DNA of 64,000 nucleotides from an uncultured Candidatus Binatia bacterium. GTDB lineage: Bacteria > Desulfobacterota > Binatia > UBA9968 > JAJDTQ01. Below the pieces are notes generated by a model that saw only the letters and a program-made list of their open reading frames with translations, was not told where the DNA came from and made no database searches. Numbering within the stretch: the stretch's first letter is position 1; every line of letters starts with the position of its first letter. Shown here in pieces: positions 56,133 through 64,000 of this stretch. Both the position numbers and the translations under genes were made by a program. The DNA lies in the NCBI GenBank assembly GCA_965204505.1, contig CBDBFB010000004.1, forward strand, positions 235,449-299,448, in the 5' to 3' direction.

Positions 56133-57332
56133 TTAGTCTCCGAAGAAGTCGTTCCTGGGCACTGGGGTCGTCCCAGCGAGGAAGCTCATGGACAATCCGA
56201 CATTTGGAGCAACGCGTAGCGAGCCATTCGTTCGTGCCGCAGAAACTGCCTGCGTCTGCGCTGCGGTTGCCTTCTTGACGACCGACTCGCCGAGTGCATC
56301 ATGCATTTCGTGTACAATCCTATCGATGCCAACAGCGTCGCGGATGGCTTCAAAATCTGCCAAAGCTTTGGCCTGCCACTGATAAAACGCGACGACCCGC
56401 GCGGGCTCCGCATTCCAGCGGTCGGCGAAGTTCTCGCCTTCAGTGGTCTCGTTCCAGACCGCATGAAATTCGATACCGTTTGTGATGGAATGTTCAATGA
56501 AATGAGGTAAATTCCGGATTGTCTCAATGAGGACTTCCAGTTCGTCACCAAAAATACGTCCTTGAACACAATATTCATATGAGCGCATCGCGAGGGTAGT
56601 GATGATCACAGAAATCGGCGCAAGATCTGCCGTCGTGTTCTGAAAGTGGTAGTCGCGGTGTCGCTTTAACAGTTGAATCGTGCGGCGCAGGATGCCCTTA
56701 ACGGTCTGTTGTACAGGGAAGGGTTCTACCGTTGCCGCGTCTTTTAACATGGCTAGCCGTTGCCCAGAAAGGGTGGGCTGTATGGCGGCGCGTCGTTCGA
56801 AAAGGGCCTTGAACGCGCGCGGGTTGGTTGGATGCCAACCATGAAGTTTTCGGTCGGGGACAAGTTCGCCCCCGTTAAAGCATTTCGGGTTTGAGATCGT
56901 AGGCGAAATGTCGAGGTGAAATTCACCGGTGTAGTTCAACCGCCAGCAGCGCTTCTTCTCCTCAAGAATCGCCGCATAGGACCTGTGCTCTGCAAGTCGA
57001 TCTCCGATAGACCGCTTGAGGGTTGCAGGCGGCACGCTGGTCGAGATGTATGCCGCGAAAGCGATTAAATCCACATCGAATTCGTCCTGTCGGATCGGTC
57101 GAACCGATGTGCCAAGTGCTCCAGAGCCCTGAAGGTAGACGGCTATTGCCGCTAGCAATGGGTCCTTGGAAGCTGCTAACCATTCGGCCACAGACTCGTA
57201 AGCTTGTCGGGCCCGCTCGAACTGGGTCCCGGTGAGTTCAAGTTCCTGACAGATTCTTTCGAGAATCGTGAAGATTTGCACACGTCGCTGTAGGTCAGCG
57301 TCGCGCAGGTGTGTGTGAAGTAAACTGTTCAT
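56133..57332 (-). CDS. SMODS/CD-NTase-like nucleotidyltransferase (putative cyclic-oligonucleotide synthase)
   Basis: GSGALGTS...DEFDVDL (GS...DxD) and later HLDIS acidic residue = Pol-beta-like NTase catalytic triad as in CBASS cyclases; ATG after AGGAG; overlaps patatin stop (ATGA). Confidence 0.6.
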   Translation of the reverse strand: MNSLLHTHLRDADLQRRVQIFTILERICQELELTGTQFERARQAYESVAEWLAASKDPLLAAIAVYLQGSGALGTSVRPIRQDEFDVDLIAFAAYISTSVPPATLKRSIGDRLAEHRSYAAILEEKKRCWRLNYTGEFHLDISPTISNPKCFNGGELVPDRKLHGWHPTNPRAFKALFERRAAIQPTLSGQRLAMLKDAATVEPFPVQQTVKGILRRTIQLLKRHRDYHFQNTTADLAPISVIITTLAMRSYEYCVQGRIFGDELEVLIETIRNLPHFIEHSITNGIEFHAVWNETTEGENFADRWNAEPARVVAFYQWQAKALADFEAIRDAVGIDRIVHEMHDALGESVVKKATAAQTQAVSAARTNGSLRVAPNVGLSMSFLAGTTPVPRNDFFGD

Positions 57333-58363
57333 GCTGTAGCTCCTGGTAGGTTGTGGACCGGGACAAACGGGTCTGCGGTCGTCTGGAAGAACACGGGCGT
57401 CAAGTCTGGTTTGGCATCCCGTGCTGCGGAGACACCTATGCCCTTGAGACGACTGATTCTTGACGCATCATCCATTGCGAAGAATCCAGCCGGTACAGTG
57501 GGTGCATATCGGAAGACCCTTTGTCCGTTACGAGAATCCCTCGTGAGTAGCTTTGCCATACCGAGTGCACCATGGGACTGGCCGTCCGCCAGAAGGTTCA
57601 GAATTTTCCCTTTGAGCTTGAGGTAACCTGGGTTCTCGGGAAGCATGTACACTTCGTCAGTGCAACCGAGGCTTAGTATGCGTAAATCCGCCGGATTCCA
57701 GTTGAGGAGAGCAATCGCCTCGACTGTCGCTACCGCGATGGGGTTGTTGGCCCAAGTGCCGCCGTCTAGGAGACCAACATCACTTACCGTCCGATGCCGC
57801 TTGAACTGGGTAGGTGCTGCCGCTGTGGCCAACGCAGCATCGACTACCGGCTGGCGGTAGTCAGTGCTGATCCGCTCGTGATGAGCGGTCTTGTATATGT
57901 AGGGACGGCGGCGGTCGGCGTCCCACGCTGGAATGACCAGGCGTGTCGTGGCATCTCCGATGCGCGCGCCTTTGAGAAATTTCTCCAACTCCACTTGGAG
58001 GTTTGAAGCGTCGTGCTTCGATCTGAACCAGGGCCTCAGTTTCGACAGGAGGCGTCTTCCCAGCCGTTCCAGGACACCACCAAGCATGGAGTCGGACCTA
58101 GTCGCGTCACCGAAGATGACGGGGCCACGATCCTCGTAAAGCGACAAGATCTCTTTGGCGGGATGACCGAGGGCCAATCCGATCGCGATAATGCCGCCAG
58201 TGGAGGTCCCTGCGATAAGATCGAAGTATTCGCCGATAGGTCTACCTAGGTCTTCTTCGAGAGTCGCTAGGAAAGCGGCGGGTTGTGTCCCCTTTATTCC
58301 ACCCCCGTCTAGGGAAAGCACACGCTTGATTTTGGCTTCACTCACGTCCACAGGACAACACAT
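57329..58363 (-). CDS. capV: Patatin-like phospholipase (CapV-like CBASS effector)
   Basis: LSLDGGGIKG oxyanion motif and GTSTGG (GxSxG) nucleophile elbow, DGG catalytic Asp region. Confidence 0.8.
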   Translation of the reverse strand: MCCPVDVSEAKIKRVLSLDGGGIKGTQPAAFLATLEEDLGRPIGEYFDLIAGTSTGGIIAIGLALGHPAKEILSLYEDRGPVIFGDATRSDSMLGGVLERLGRRLLSKLRPWFRSKHDASNLQVELEKFLKGARIGDATTRLVIPAWDADRRRPYIYKTAHHERISTDYRQPVVDAALATAAAPTQFKRHRTVSDVGLLDGGTWANNPIAVATVEAIALLNWNPADLRILSLGCTDEVYMLPENPGYLKLKGKILNLLADGQSHGALGMAKLLTRDSRNGQRVFRYAPTVPAGFFAMDDASRISRLKGIGVSAARDAKPDLTPVFFQTTADPFVPVHNLPGATA

Positions 58364-58478
58364 AGCCGTTCCCTTGGTATTGTCTTTCCTCCAGGACCGC
58401 TTGACCCACGATACTAGGTATGGTTCAAGCGTGCATGGATTCCAGCATACCGTACCAGTCTATGAAACACAAGTCCAT

Positions 58479-58507
58479 TTGACGAAACACATATATCGGG
58501 CTAAGAT
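58479..58507 (+). promoter_or_regulatory. Sigma70-like promoter of capH-capP-like pair
   Basis: TTGACG-17 nt-TAAGAT, ~6 nt upstream of AGGAGG ribosome-binding site and ATG 58523; short inverted repeat ggtatgg/ccatacc 40 nt upstream could be an operator. Confidence 0.45.
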
Positions 58508-58522
58508 ACACTAGGAGGTCGG

Positions 58523-58840
58523 ATGAAGATAGACGAACTGGCTTCCCTCCTCTCCCGACGACGGGGAAACATGGGCGTAAGGGCTGCGGCGCAGGAGATA
58601 GGTATCAGCCCCACCACGCTGTCGCGGATCGAGAAAGGACACGTCCCAGATGTTGGGACCCTCGAAAAGGTATGTATGTGGTTAGGGGAGGAGACATCTC
58701 GGTTCACTGGCTTGGGGAATCTTCAAATTGCGTTCAAGAACCGCAAGGCCGTTCCTCCAGATACTGCCAAGGCATTGGCATCCCTTATCGAGAATGCTTC
58801 CGAGCAATTCGCGGCCGAGGTGGCGGCTCGAGGGCACTAG
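58523..58840 (+). CDS. capH: XRE-family HTH transcriptional regulator (CapH-like)
   Basis: AAAQEIGISPTTLSRIEKG helix-turn-helix; divergent from CBASS operon; coupled to downstream peptidase gene. Confidence 0.7.
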   Translation: MKIDELASLLSRRRGNMGVRAAAQEIGISPTTLSRIEKGHVPDVGTLEKVCMWLGEETSRFTGLGNLQIAFKNRKAVPPDTAKALASLIENASEQFAAEVAARGH

Positions 58841-59431
58841 GTGGCCTTCCGCCGTGGGTTCAAGTCCCAGTGCGAGCGCCGCTCGGTGGAATTCCGAAGA
58901 CAACTCGGGATCTTGAATACTGGAGCGCTGAGTGCCAGTGCTCTCGCTAGCCAACTTGGGGTGACCGTTTGGTCTACCAGAGACATCGTGACGCTTCCTG
59001 CTGATGATCTGGCAGTCCTCAACGACCCGCATGACGATTCATGGGCGGCGCTGACCATGCGGATCGGATCGTCGAACCTAGTGGTTTACAAGCCCGTTCC
59101 CTCCGCGAGACGACAAAACAATGTGATCATGCACGAGTTGGCCCACATTATATTGGGTCACGAGTTGGCCGCGGCCTGCATTCTTGAGGACGGGTCACTG
59201 GTTCCTGGCAATTTCGATCAGGAGCAGGAAGACGAAGCTGATTGGCTAGCCGGCACCCTATTGCTCCCTAGACAGGCCTTGATGTCAATCCGCCAGCGAC
59301 GCCTCCCGATTCGTCAGGCGTGCAATGAATATATGGTCAGTGAGGACATGCTCGCTTGGCGCATTCGGATGACAGGGGTTGATTATCAGTTGTCGCGCTC
59401 GCGAGTAAATAGAGGTCGTTCCTTGAGATGA
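58841..59431 (+). CDS. capP: ImmA/IrrE-family zinc metallopeptidase (CapP-like)
   Basis: HELAHIILGH (HExxH) motif in DUF955-like context; GTG start directly after capH-like TAG. Confidence 0.7.
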   Translation: MAFRRGFKSQCERRSVEFRRQLGILNTGALSASALASQLGVTVWSTRDIVTLPADDLAVLNDPHDDSWAALTMRIGSSNLVVYKPVPSARRQNNVIMHELAHIILGHELAAACILEDGSLVPGNFDQEQEDEADWLAGTLLLPRQALMSIRQRRLPIRQACNEYMVSEDMLAWRIRMTGVDYQLSRSRVNRGRSLR

Positions 59432-59468
59432 AACAGGGCATGGGCCGCTCGTGGGCTGATTGCCACCC

Positions 59469-60893
59469 TCACGCCTCTTGGGTTAAGCTCTCGACAATCC
59501 CTTCCGCCGCCGCCTCCCCGCTAGCGATGCAGTCGGCGATGCCGACGCCGCGGTAGCTCTTGCCGGCGAGGGCGAGGGTGGGGAACTTCTGCAGCCGGGC
59601 TTCGATTCCGTCGATCCGGTCCAAATGGCCGACGTTGTACTGAGGCATACCGCAGACATAACGGGTGGTGCGGCAGATCGTCGGAGCGCCGGAGATGCCG
59701 AGGAGCGATTCCAGATCCTCCCGGACCTGGGCTTCCAGGGCCTCGTCGGGTTGGTCGAGGAGGTCCGGTTGCAGCGCTCCCCCCGCGAAGCAACGTAGCA
59801 GGGCGATTTCTTCCGGAGCTCTTCCGGCGTACTTCACGCTGCTGAAGGTGCAGGCCATGATCTTCCGGCGTTCCACGTGCGGGACCACGAATCCGTAGCC
59901 GTCGAGGGGGTGGGCGATATCGCTCCTCCGATACGCCAGGTTGACGGTGGCGGTGGACGAGAAGGGGATCGCCCGTAGCTCACCGGCCAGTTCGGGGTCC
60001 AGGGTTGTCATGGCAGCAGCCGCGGCATCGGCCGGCAGGGTGCAAATCACGGCGTTGGCTTCGAACCCGGAACGGCCGGTGTCGACCCTCCAGCGGCTGG
60101 TGTCGGGGTTCCATCCCAGTTCGCGGACCGTCTCGCCCGGATGCACCACGCCGGCACCGAGTGCCTCCTCGATGCGGCGCACGAGCACTTCCATGCCCCC
60201 GTCGATGCTCACGAACAGGCTCCAGCGCGCGCCGGTCTCGTCCGCGGCTTGGACGCGGCGCTTCTGCGCGCGGCGGGTGCCGAGGATAACGCTCCCGTGG
60301 TTGCGCTCCATTTCCAGGAACCGCGGCATGGTGGCGGCCAAGCTGAGGGTTTCGGGGTTGGAAGCGTAGATGCCGCCGATGAGGGGCTGGGCGACACGCT
60401 CCAGGACTTCGCGGCCCAGCCGGCGGCGCACGAACGAAGCGAGGCTTTCGTCGCCGTCATCGGAGCGCCTGGGCATCAGCGGCTCCAGCGCCATGCGCAG
60501 CTTGCCGCCCCAGGAGAACACGGGACTGCGCAGCACCGAGCCCACGCGCGTGGGAGCCATCAACAGAAACCCTTCGGGCAGCGGCATCAGCGCGCCCCGG
60601 TGGACGGTATACAGCTTCAACGCGCCCTGTCGCGGTGCAATGAGACGGTCGGTGAGGCCGAGGCGCTCGCAGAGACGCAGCGCCGCGGGCTTGTCGGTGA
60701 TGTAGGAATCCGGACCCAGTTCGATGAGGAGATCGCCGGCGTGCTCTGTGGCGATGACGCCTCCGAGGCGGTCGGAGGCTTCCAGCAGGGTGACGCGCAA
60801 GGCTAGCGACCCGGCGCGGCTCAGCTCCGTCAGCCGATGCGCCGCGGCGAGGCCCGAGATGCCGCCGCCGATGACGATGATGTGCTTTGTCAT
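59469..60893 (-). CDS. hemY: Protoporphyrinogen/coproporphyrinogen III oxidase (HemY-type, FAD)
   Basis: IIVIGGGISGLAAAHRL FAD dinucleotide motif; 474 aa; downstream of hemE. Confidence 0.8.
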   Translation of the reverse strand: MTKHIIVIGGGISGLAAAHRLTELSRAGSLALRVTLLEASDRLGGVIATEHAGDLLIELGPDSYITDKPAALRLCERLGLTDRLIAPRQGALKLYTVHRGALMPLPEGFLLMAPTRVGSVLRSPVFSWGGKLRMALEPLMPRRSDDGDESLASFVRRRLGREVLERVAQPLIGGIYASNPETLSLAATMPRFLEMERNHGSVILGTRRAQKRRVQAADETGARWSLFVSIDGGMEVLVRRIEEALGAGVVHPGETVRELGWNPDTSRWRVDTGRSGFEANAVICTLPADAAAAAMTTLDPELAGELRAIPFSSTATVNLAYRRSDIAHPLDGYGFVVPHVERRKIMACTFSSVKYAGRAPEEIALLRCFAGGALQPDLLDQPDEALEAQVREDLESLLGISGAPTICRTTRYVCGMPQYNVGHLDRIDGIEARLQKFPTLALAGKSYRGVGIADCIASGEAAAEGIVESLTQEA

Positions 60894-60946
60894 TCCTGCC
60901 AGGAAAAGAACCCCGGTAGGGCCATAACTTGGAGTTTAATGGACAA

Positions 60947-62008
60947 CTAGCTGATTTGATTACAAGAACCGTTATATCCGCTGAGCTCGTGCACCGCGTC
61001 CACCATGGCTCTCACGTGGTCCACGGGGGTTTCGGGGAGGATGCCGTGGCCGAGGTTGAAGATGTGGCCTGGACGGCCTTGGGCGCGGCGGAGGATGTCC
61101 CGGATCCGCCGGCGGATCTCGGTCGGGGGCGCGAACAGGGCCACGGGGTCGAGGTTGCCCTGGATGGCCACGTCATGGCCCACGCGGCTCCAGGCCACGT
61201 CCAGGTCCACGCGCCAGTCCACGCCTAGCACGTCGCTGCCGGCCTCCCGCATGAGTTCGAGCAGGCCCGCGGTGCCGGTGCCGAAGTGGATGACCGGCAC
61301 GCCTGGGGTCACCCCCGCCATCAGCCGGCGCATGTGCGGCAGCACGTACTGGCGGTAGTCGTCCGGCGCGAGGCACCCCACCCAACTGTCGAAGACCTGA
61401 AGTGCGTCGATCCCGGCCTCGATCTGGGCGTTGACATAGGAGACCGTGGAGGCCACCAGCCGCTCCATGAGCGTGTTCCAGGCGCCGGCATCGGTGTGGA
61501 ACAGGCGCTTGGTGTGGATATAGTTCCGCGAGGCGCCGCCTTCGATGAGGTAGGACGCCAGCGTGAAGGGGGCGCCGCAGAACCCGATCAGCGGCACGCG
61601 CCCGGCCAGGGCCGCGCGGGTGGCGCGGACGGCGTCGCACACGTACGAGAGGGACTCTTCCGGCACCGGATCGCGGAGCGCGTCGACGTCCCGGCCCGTC
61701 CTCACCGGCCGTTGGATCGTGGGACCTCCGTCACCATACTCCAACCCCACTCCCATGGGCTCCAGCAGCAGGAGGATGTCGGCGAAGATGATGGCGGCGT
61801 CCACGTCGAGCCGCTCCACCGGCGTCACGGTGACCTCCGCCACCAGATCCGGGGTCTTGCACAGCTCCAGGAAGCCGACCTTGGCCCGTATGTCGCGGTA
61901 GTGCTTCATGTAGCGCCCGGCCTGGCGCATGAGCCATACGGGCGTGAAAGGGGTCTTGCCGCGCCGGCAGGCAGTGAGGAACGGATGCTGTGGCGAGGTG
62001 TCGTTCAT
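60947..62008 (-). CDS. hemE: Uroporphyrinogen decarboxylase
   Basis: PVWLMRQAGRY signature motif; start MNDTSPQHPF at 62006-62008; upstream extension rejected. Confidence 0.9.
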   Translation of the reverse strand: MNDTSPQHPFLTACRRGKTPFTPVWLMRQAGRYMKHYRDIRAKVGFLELCKTPDLVAEVTVTPVERLDVDAAIIFADILLLLEPMGVGLEYGDGGPTIQRPVRTGRDVDALRDPVPEESLSYVCDAVRATRAALAGRVPLIGFCGAPFTLASYLIEGGASRNYIHTKRLFHTDAGAWNTLMERLVASTVSYVNAQIEAGIDALQVFDSWVGCLAPDDYRQYVLPHMRRLMAGVTPGVPVIHFGTGTAGLLELMREAGSDVLGVDWRVDLDVAWSRVGHDVAIQGNLDPVALFAPPTEIRRRIRDILRRAQGRPGHIFNLGHGILPETPVDHVRAMVDAVHELSGYNGSCNQIS

Positions 62009-62021
62009 GCCCGGTCCGGTC

Positions 62022-63143
62022 TCAGTGTTCCCGGTTCTTTCCCGCCCCCAGGGTGACGGTCTCCGCGCCGTACTTGTGCCGCAGCCGGTCGATGCCCTTG
62101 TAGAGCTGTTCCATGGAGGCGCGCTCGCGGTAGTCGAAGATCGAGTCCTGCCACCCCTCGGTGGAGATGCCGCTGGTGCTGACTCCCAGGAGGCGCACCG
62201 GCCGCTCCGGCGCAAGATTTGCCTCGAGCAGCTCCCGCGCGACCTTGAAGATGTCCACGTCGAAGCAGGTGGGCGCCTTCAGGGTGCGCGAGCGGGTGAT
62301 GGTCCTGAAGTCGGAATAACGCAGCTTCAAGGTGATGCGGCGGGCGCGGCCCCCCTGGCGTCGCAACCGGGCTGCCACCTCTTCGACGAGACCTCCCAGC
62401 ACCTGCTCCATGGCCGCCGTATCCAGGAGCGGCTGGGCGAGGGTGGTCTCGCTGCCGATGGAGTGCTCGTGGACGTGTCCGCTCGACTCCGGACGGTCCA
62501 GGTTCAGGAAGCGCCCTCCAAGCCGGGGGTGGGCGAGAAGCTGGGCCACCGTGGCAACGCCGCGGGCCGTCAGCTCCCGATGCGTCTTGGGGCCGATGCC
62601 GGGGACGATCGATACGTCAAGGGGCCCCAGGAAGCGTTCCTCCGAGCCCGGCGGCACGTAGAGCAGGCCACGCGGCTTCACCGTGGTGGCGGCGATCTTG
62701 GCCACGGTCGGGTGGGTGGCGAGCCCGCCGGACGACGGCAGCCCCAGCTCGCTCCGGATGCGGCCGATGATCTCGTGGGCGGCGCGGATGGGGTGCCCCA
62801 TCAGGCGTTCGGTGCCGGTCAGGTTGACCAGCCCCTCGTCGATGGAGAACGCGCGAACATCGGGCGAAAACGTGCGCAGCAGGTCGAACACCTTTGCCGA
62901 GAACTCGCTGTAGACCTTGCGCCGGCCGGGGACGAAGATTCCGTCGGGGCAGAGGCGCCGCGCCTGGAATCCCGGCATGGCGGAGCGGACCCCGAACTGG
63001 CGCGCCTCGTAGGACGCGGAGGTGACCACCCCGCGGCTGGAGCCGCCGCCCACCATCACGGGCTTGCCTTCCAGGGAAGGGTCCAGGACGCGCTCCACGG
63101 ACACGTAGAACGAGTCCATGTCGATGTGCAGGTAGAAGGCCAT
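62022..63143 (-). CDS. dinB: DNA polymerase IV (Y-family)
   Basis: HIDMDSFYVSVE catalytic Asp motif, SIDEGL, 373 aa. Confidence 0.9.
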   Translation of the reverse strand: MAFYLHIDMDSFYVSVERVLDPSLEGKPVMVGGGSSRGVVTSASYEARQFGVRSAMPGFQARRLCPDGIFVPGRRKVYSEFSAKVFDLLRTFSPDVRAFSIDEGLVNLTGTERLMGHPIRAAHEIIGRIRSELGLPSSGGLATHPTVAKIAATTVKPRGLLYVPPGSEERFLGPLDVSIVPGIGPKTHRELTARGVATVAQLLAHPRLGGRFLNLDRPESSGHVHEHSIGSETTLAQPLLDTAAMEQVLGGLVEEVAARLRRQGGRARRITLKLRYSDFRTITRSRTLKAPTCFDVDIFKVARELLEANLAPERPVRLLGVSTSGISTEGWQDSIFDYRERASMEQLYKGIDRLRHKYGAETVTLGAGKNREH

Positions 63144-63244
63144 ACGGCATCCTCATGTTAACAGCAGGGGGAAACTCCGGGCAATTGGAACGAATCCCGA
63201 TGGCATTCCTTTTGCTCCCCTCCTATGATGAACGGGGGGTGAGG

Positions 63245-64000
63245 CATGGCACGGGCCAGGGTCGTCTACGAATGTCAGAACTGCGGTTTCCAGTCCCCCA
63301 AGTGGCTGGGCCGGTGTCCGGACTGCGGCCGGTGGGACTCGCTGGTCGAGGAAGCGGTCGCGGTCCCGTCGAGCGCCCGGGGAGACGGCGATGCCGGGCC
63401 CGCGCGGGAGCCTTCGCCCATCCACGCCGTCACCACCGAGACGGGCGGCCGCCTGCGTTCGGGCATCGAGGAGTTCGACCGGGTCCTGGGAGGCGGCCTG
63501 GTGGACGGCTCCGCCGTGCTCATCGGCGGCGATCCGGGCATCGGCAAGTCGACCCTGCTGCTGCAGGCCGTGGCGGGCCTGAGCCATGAAGGTCCCCCCT
63601 GCCTCTACGTCTCCGGCGAGGAGTCCGAACAGCAGGTGAAGATGCGCGGCCGGCGCGTCTCCCTGGCGTCCTCGAACCTGCTGGTGCTGAGCGAGACGTC
63701 GCTGGAGCGCATCCTGGAGCAGGTCAGGGCGGTCAAGCCCGCCGTGCTGGTGGTGGACTCCATACAGACGGTGCACACCTCCGCCATTCCGTCCGCTCCG
63801 GGGAGCATCGGCCAGGTGCGGGAATGCTCGAGCGCGCTGATCTCCATGGCCAAGAAGACCGGCATCGCCACCTTTCTCGTGGGGCACGTGACCAAGGACG
63901 GGGCCATCGCCGGCCCGCGGGTGCTTGAGCACATGGTGGACACGGTGCTCTACTTCGAGGGCGAGCGCGGCCACAGCTTCCGCATCCTGCGGGCGGTCAA
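63245..64000 (+). CDS. radA: DNA repair protein RadA/Sms (partial, runs off window end)
   Basis: N-terminal zinc finger YECQNCGFQSPKWLGRCPDCGRW and Walker A GGDPGIGKSTLLLQ; not in ORF track because no stop within window. Confidence 0.9.

Overview
This is a 64-kb window of high-GC (about 68%) bacterial chromosome, with a gene every ~1 kb on both strands and no rRNA, tRNA, CRISPR array or transposase/integrase gene that I could find. 

**Backbone.** Most of it is an accessory catabolic region:
- four amidohydrolase-2 paralogs, two luciferase-like flavin oxidoreductases, an amidase, a zinc alcohol dehydrogenase, two SDRs, two VOC proteins, and a MaoC / family-III CoA-transferase / CMD trio;
- a LigAB-like extradiol dioxygenase and a PrpB-like lyase;
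- a tripartite tricarboxylate transporter (a TctA-TctB fusion permease plus three TctC-like binding-protein paralogs);
- a cytoplasmic molybdopterin oxidoreductase, an orphan NuoE/NuoF-like flavoprotein pair, and two xanthine-dehydrogenase-family (CoxSML-like) clusters, one of them form II with S-L-M gene order;
- an addB-addA-like recombination operon;
- hemE-hemY, dinB and a partial radA.

**Low-GC insertions.** Three stand out:
- a CBASS-like anti-phage island with a patatin phospholipase, a SMODS-type nucleotidyltransferase, an E2-like protein, a small membrane protein and a divergent CapH/CapP-like HTH plus ImmA/IrrE peptidase pair;
- a two-gene, translationally coupled islet of unknown function at 4.36-5.87 kb;
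- a MazEF-like toxin-antitoxin pair.

**Repeats.**
- A 165-bp MITE family has three copies. Each ends in CTAG that coincides with the TAG stop codon of the neighbouring gene, and one copy sits between addB and addA.
- Four families of palindromic REP-like repeats (A-D) include two large composite palindromes of about 180-240 bp.

The long ORFs antisense to real genes are treated as high-GC artifacts. All calls come from reading motifs by eye; nothing was searched against a database.
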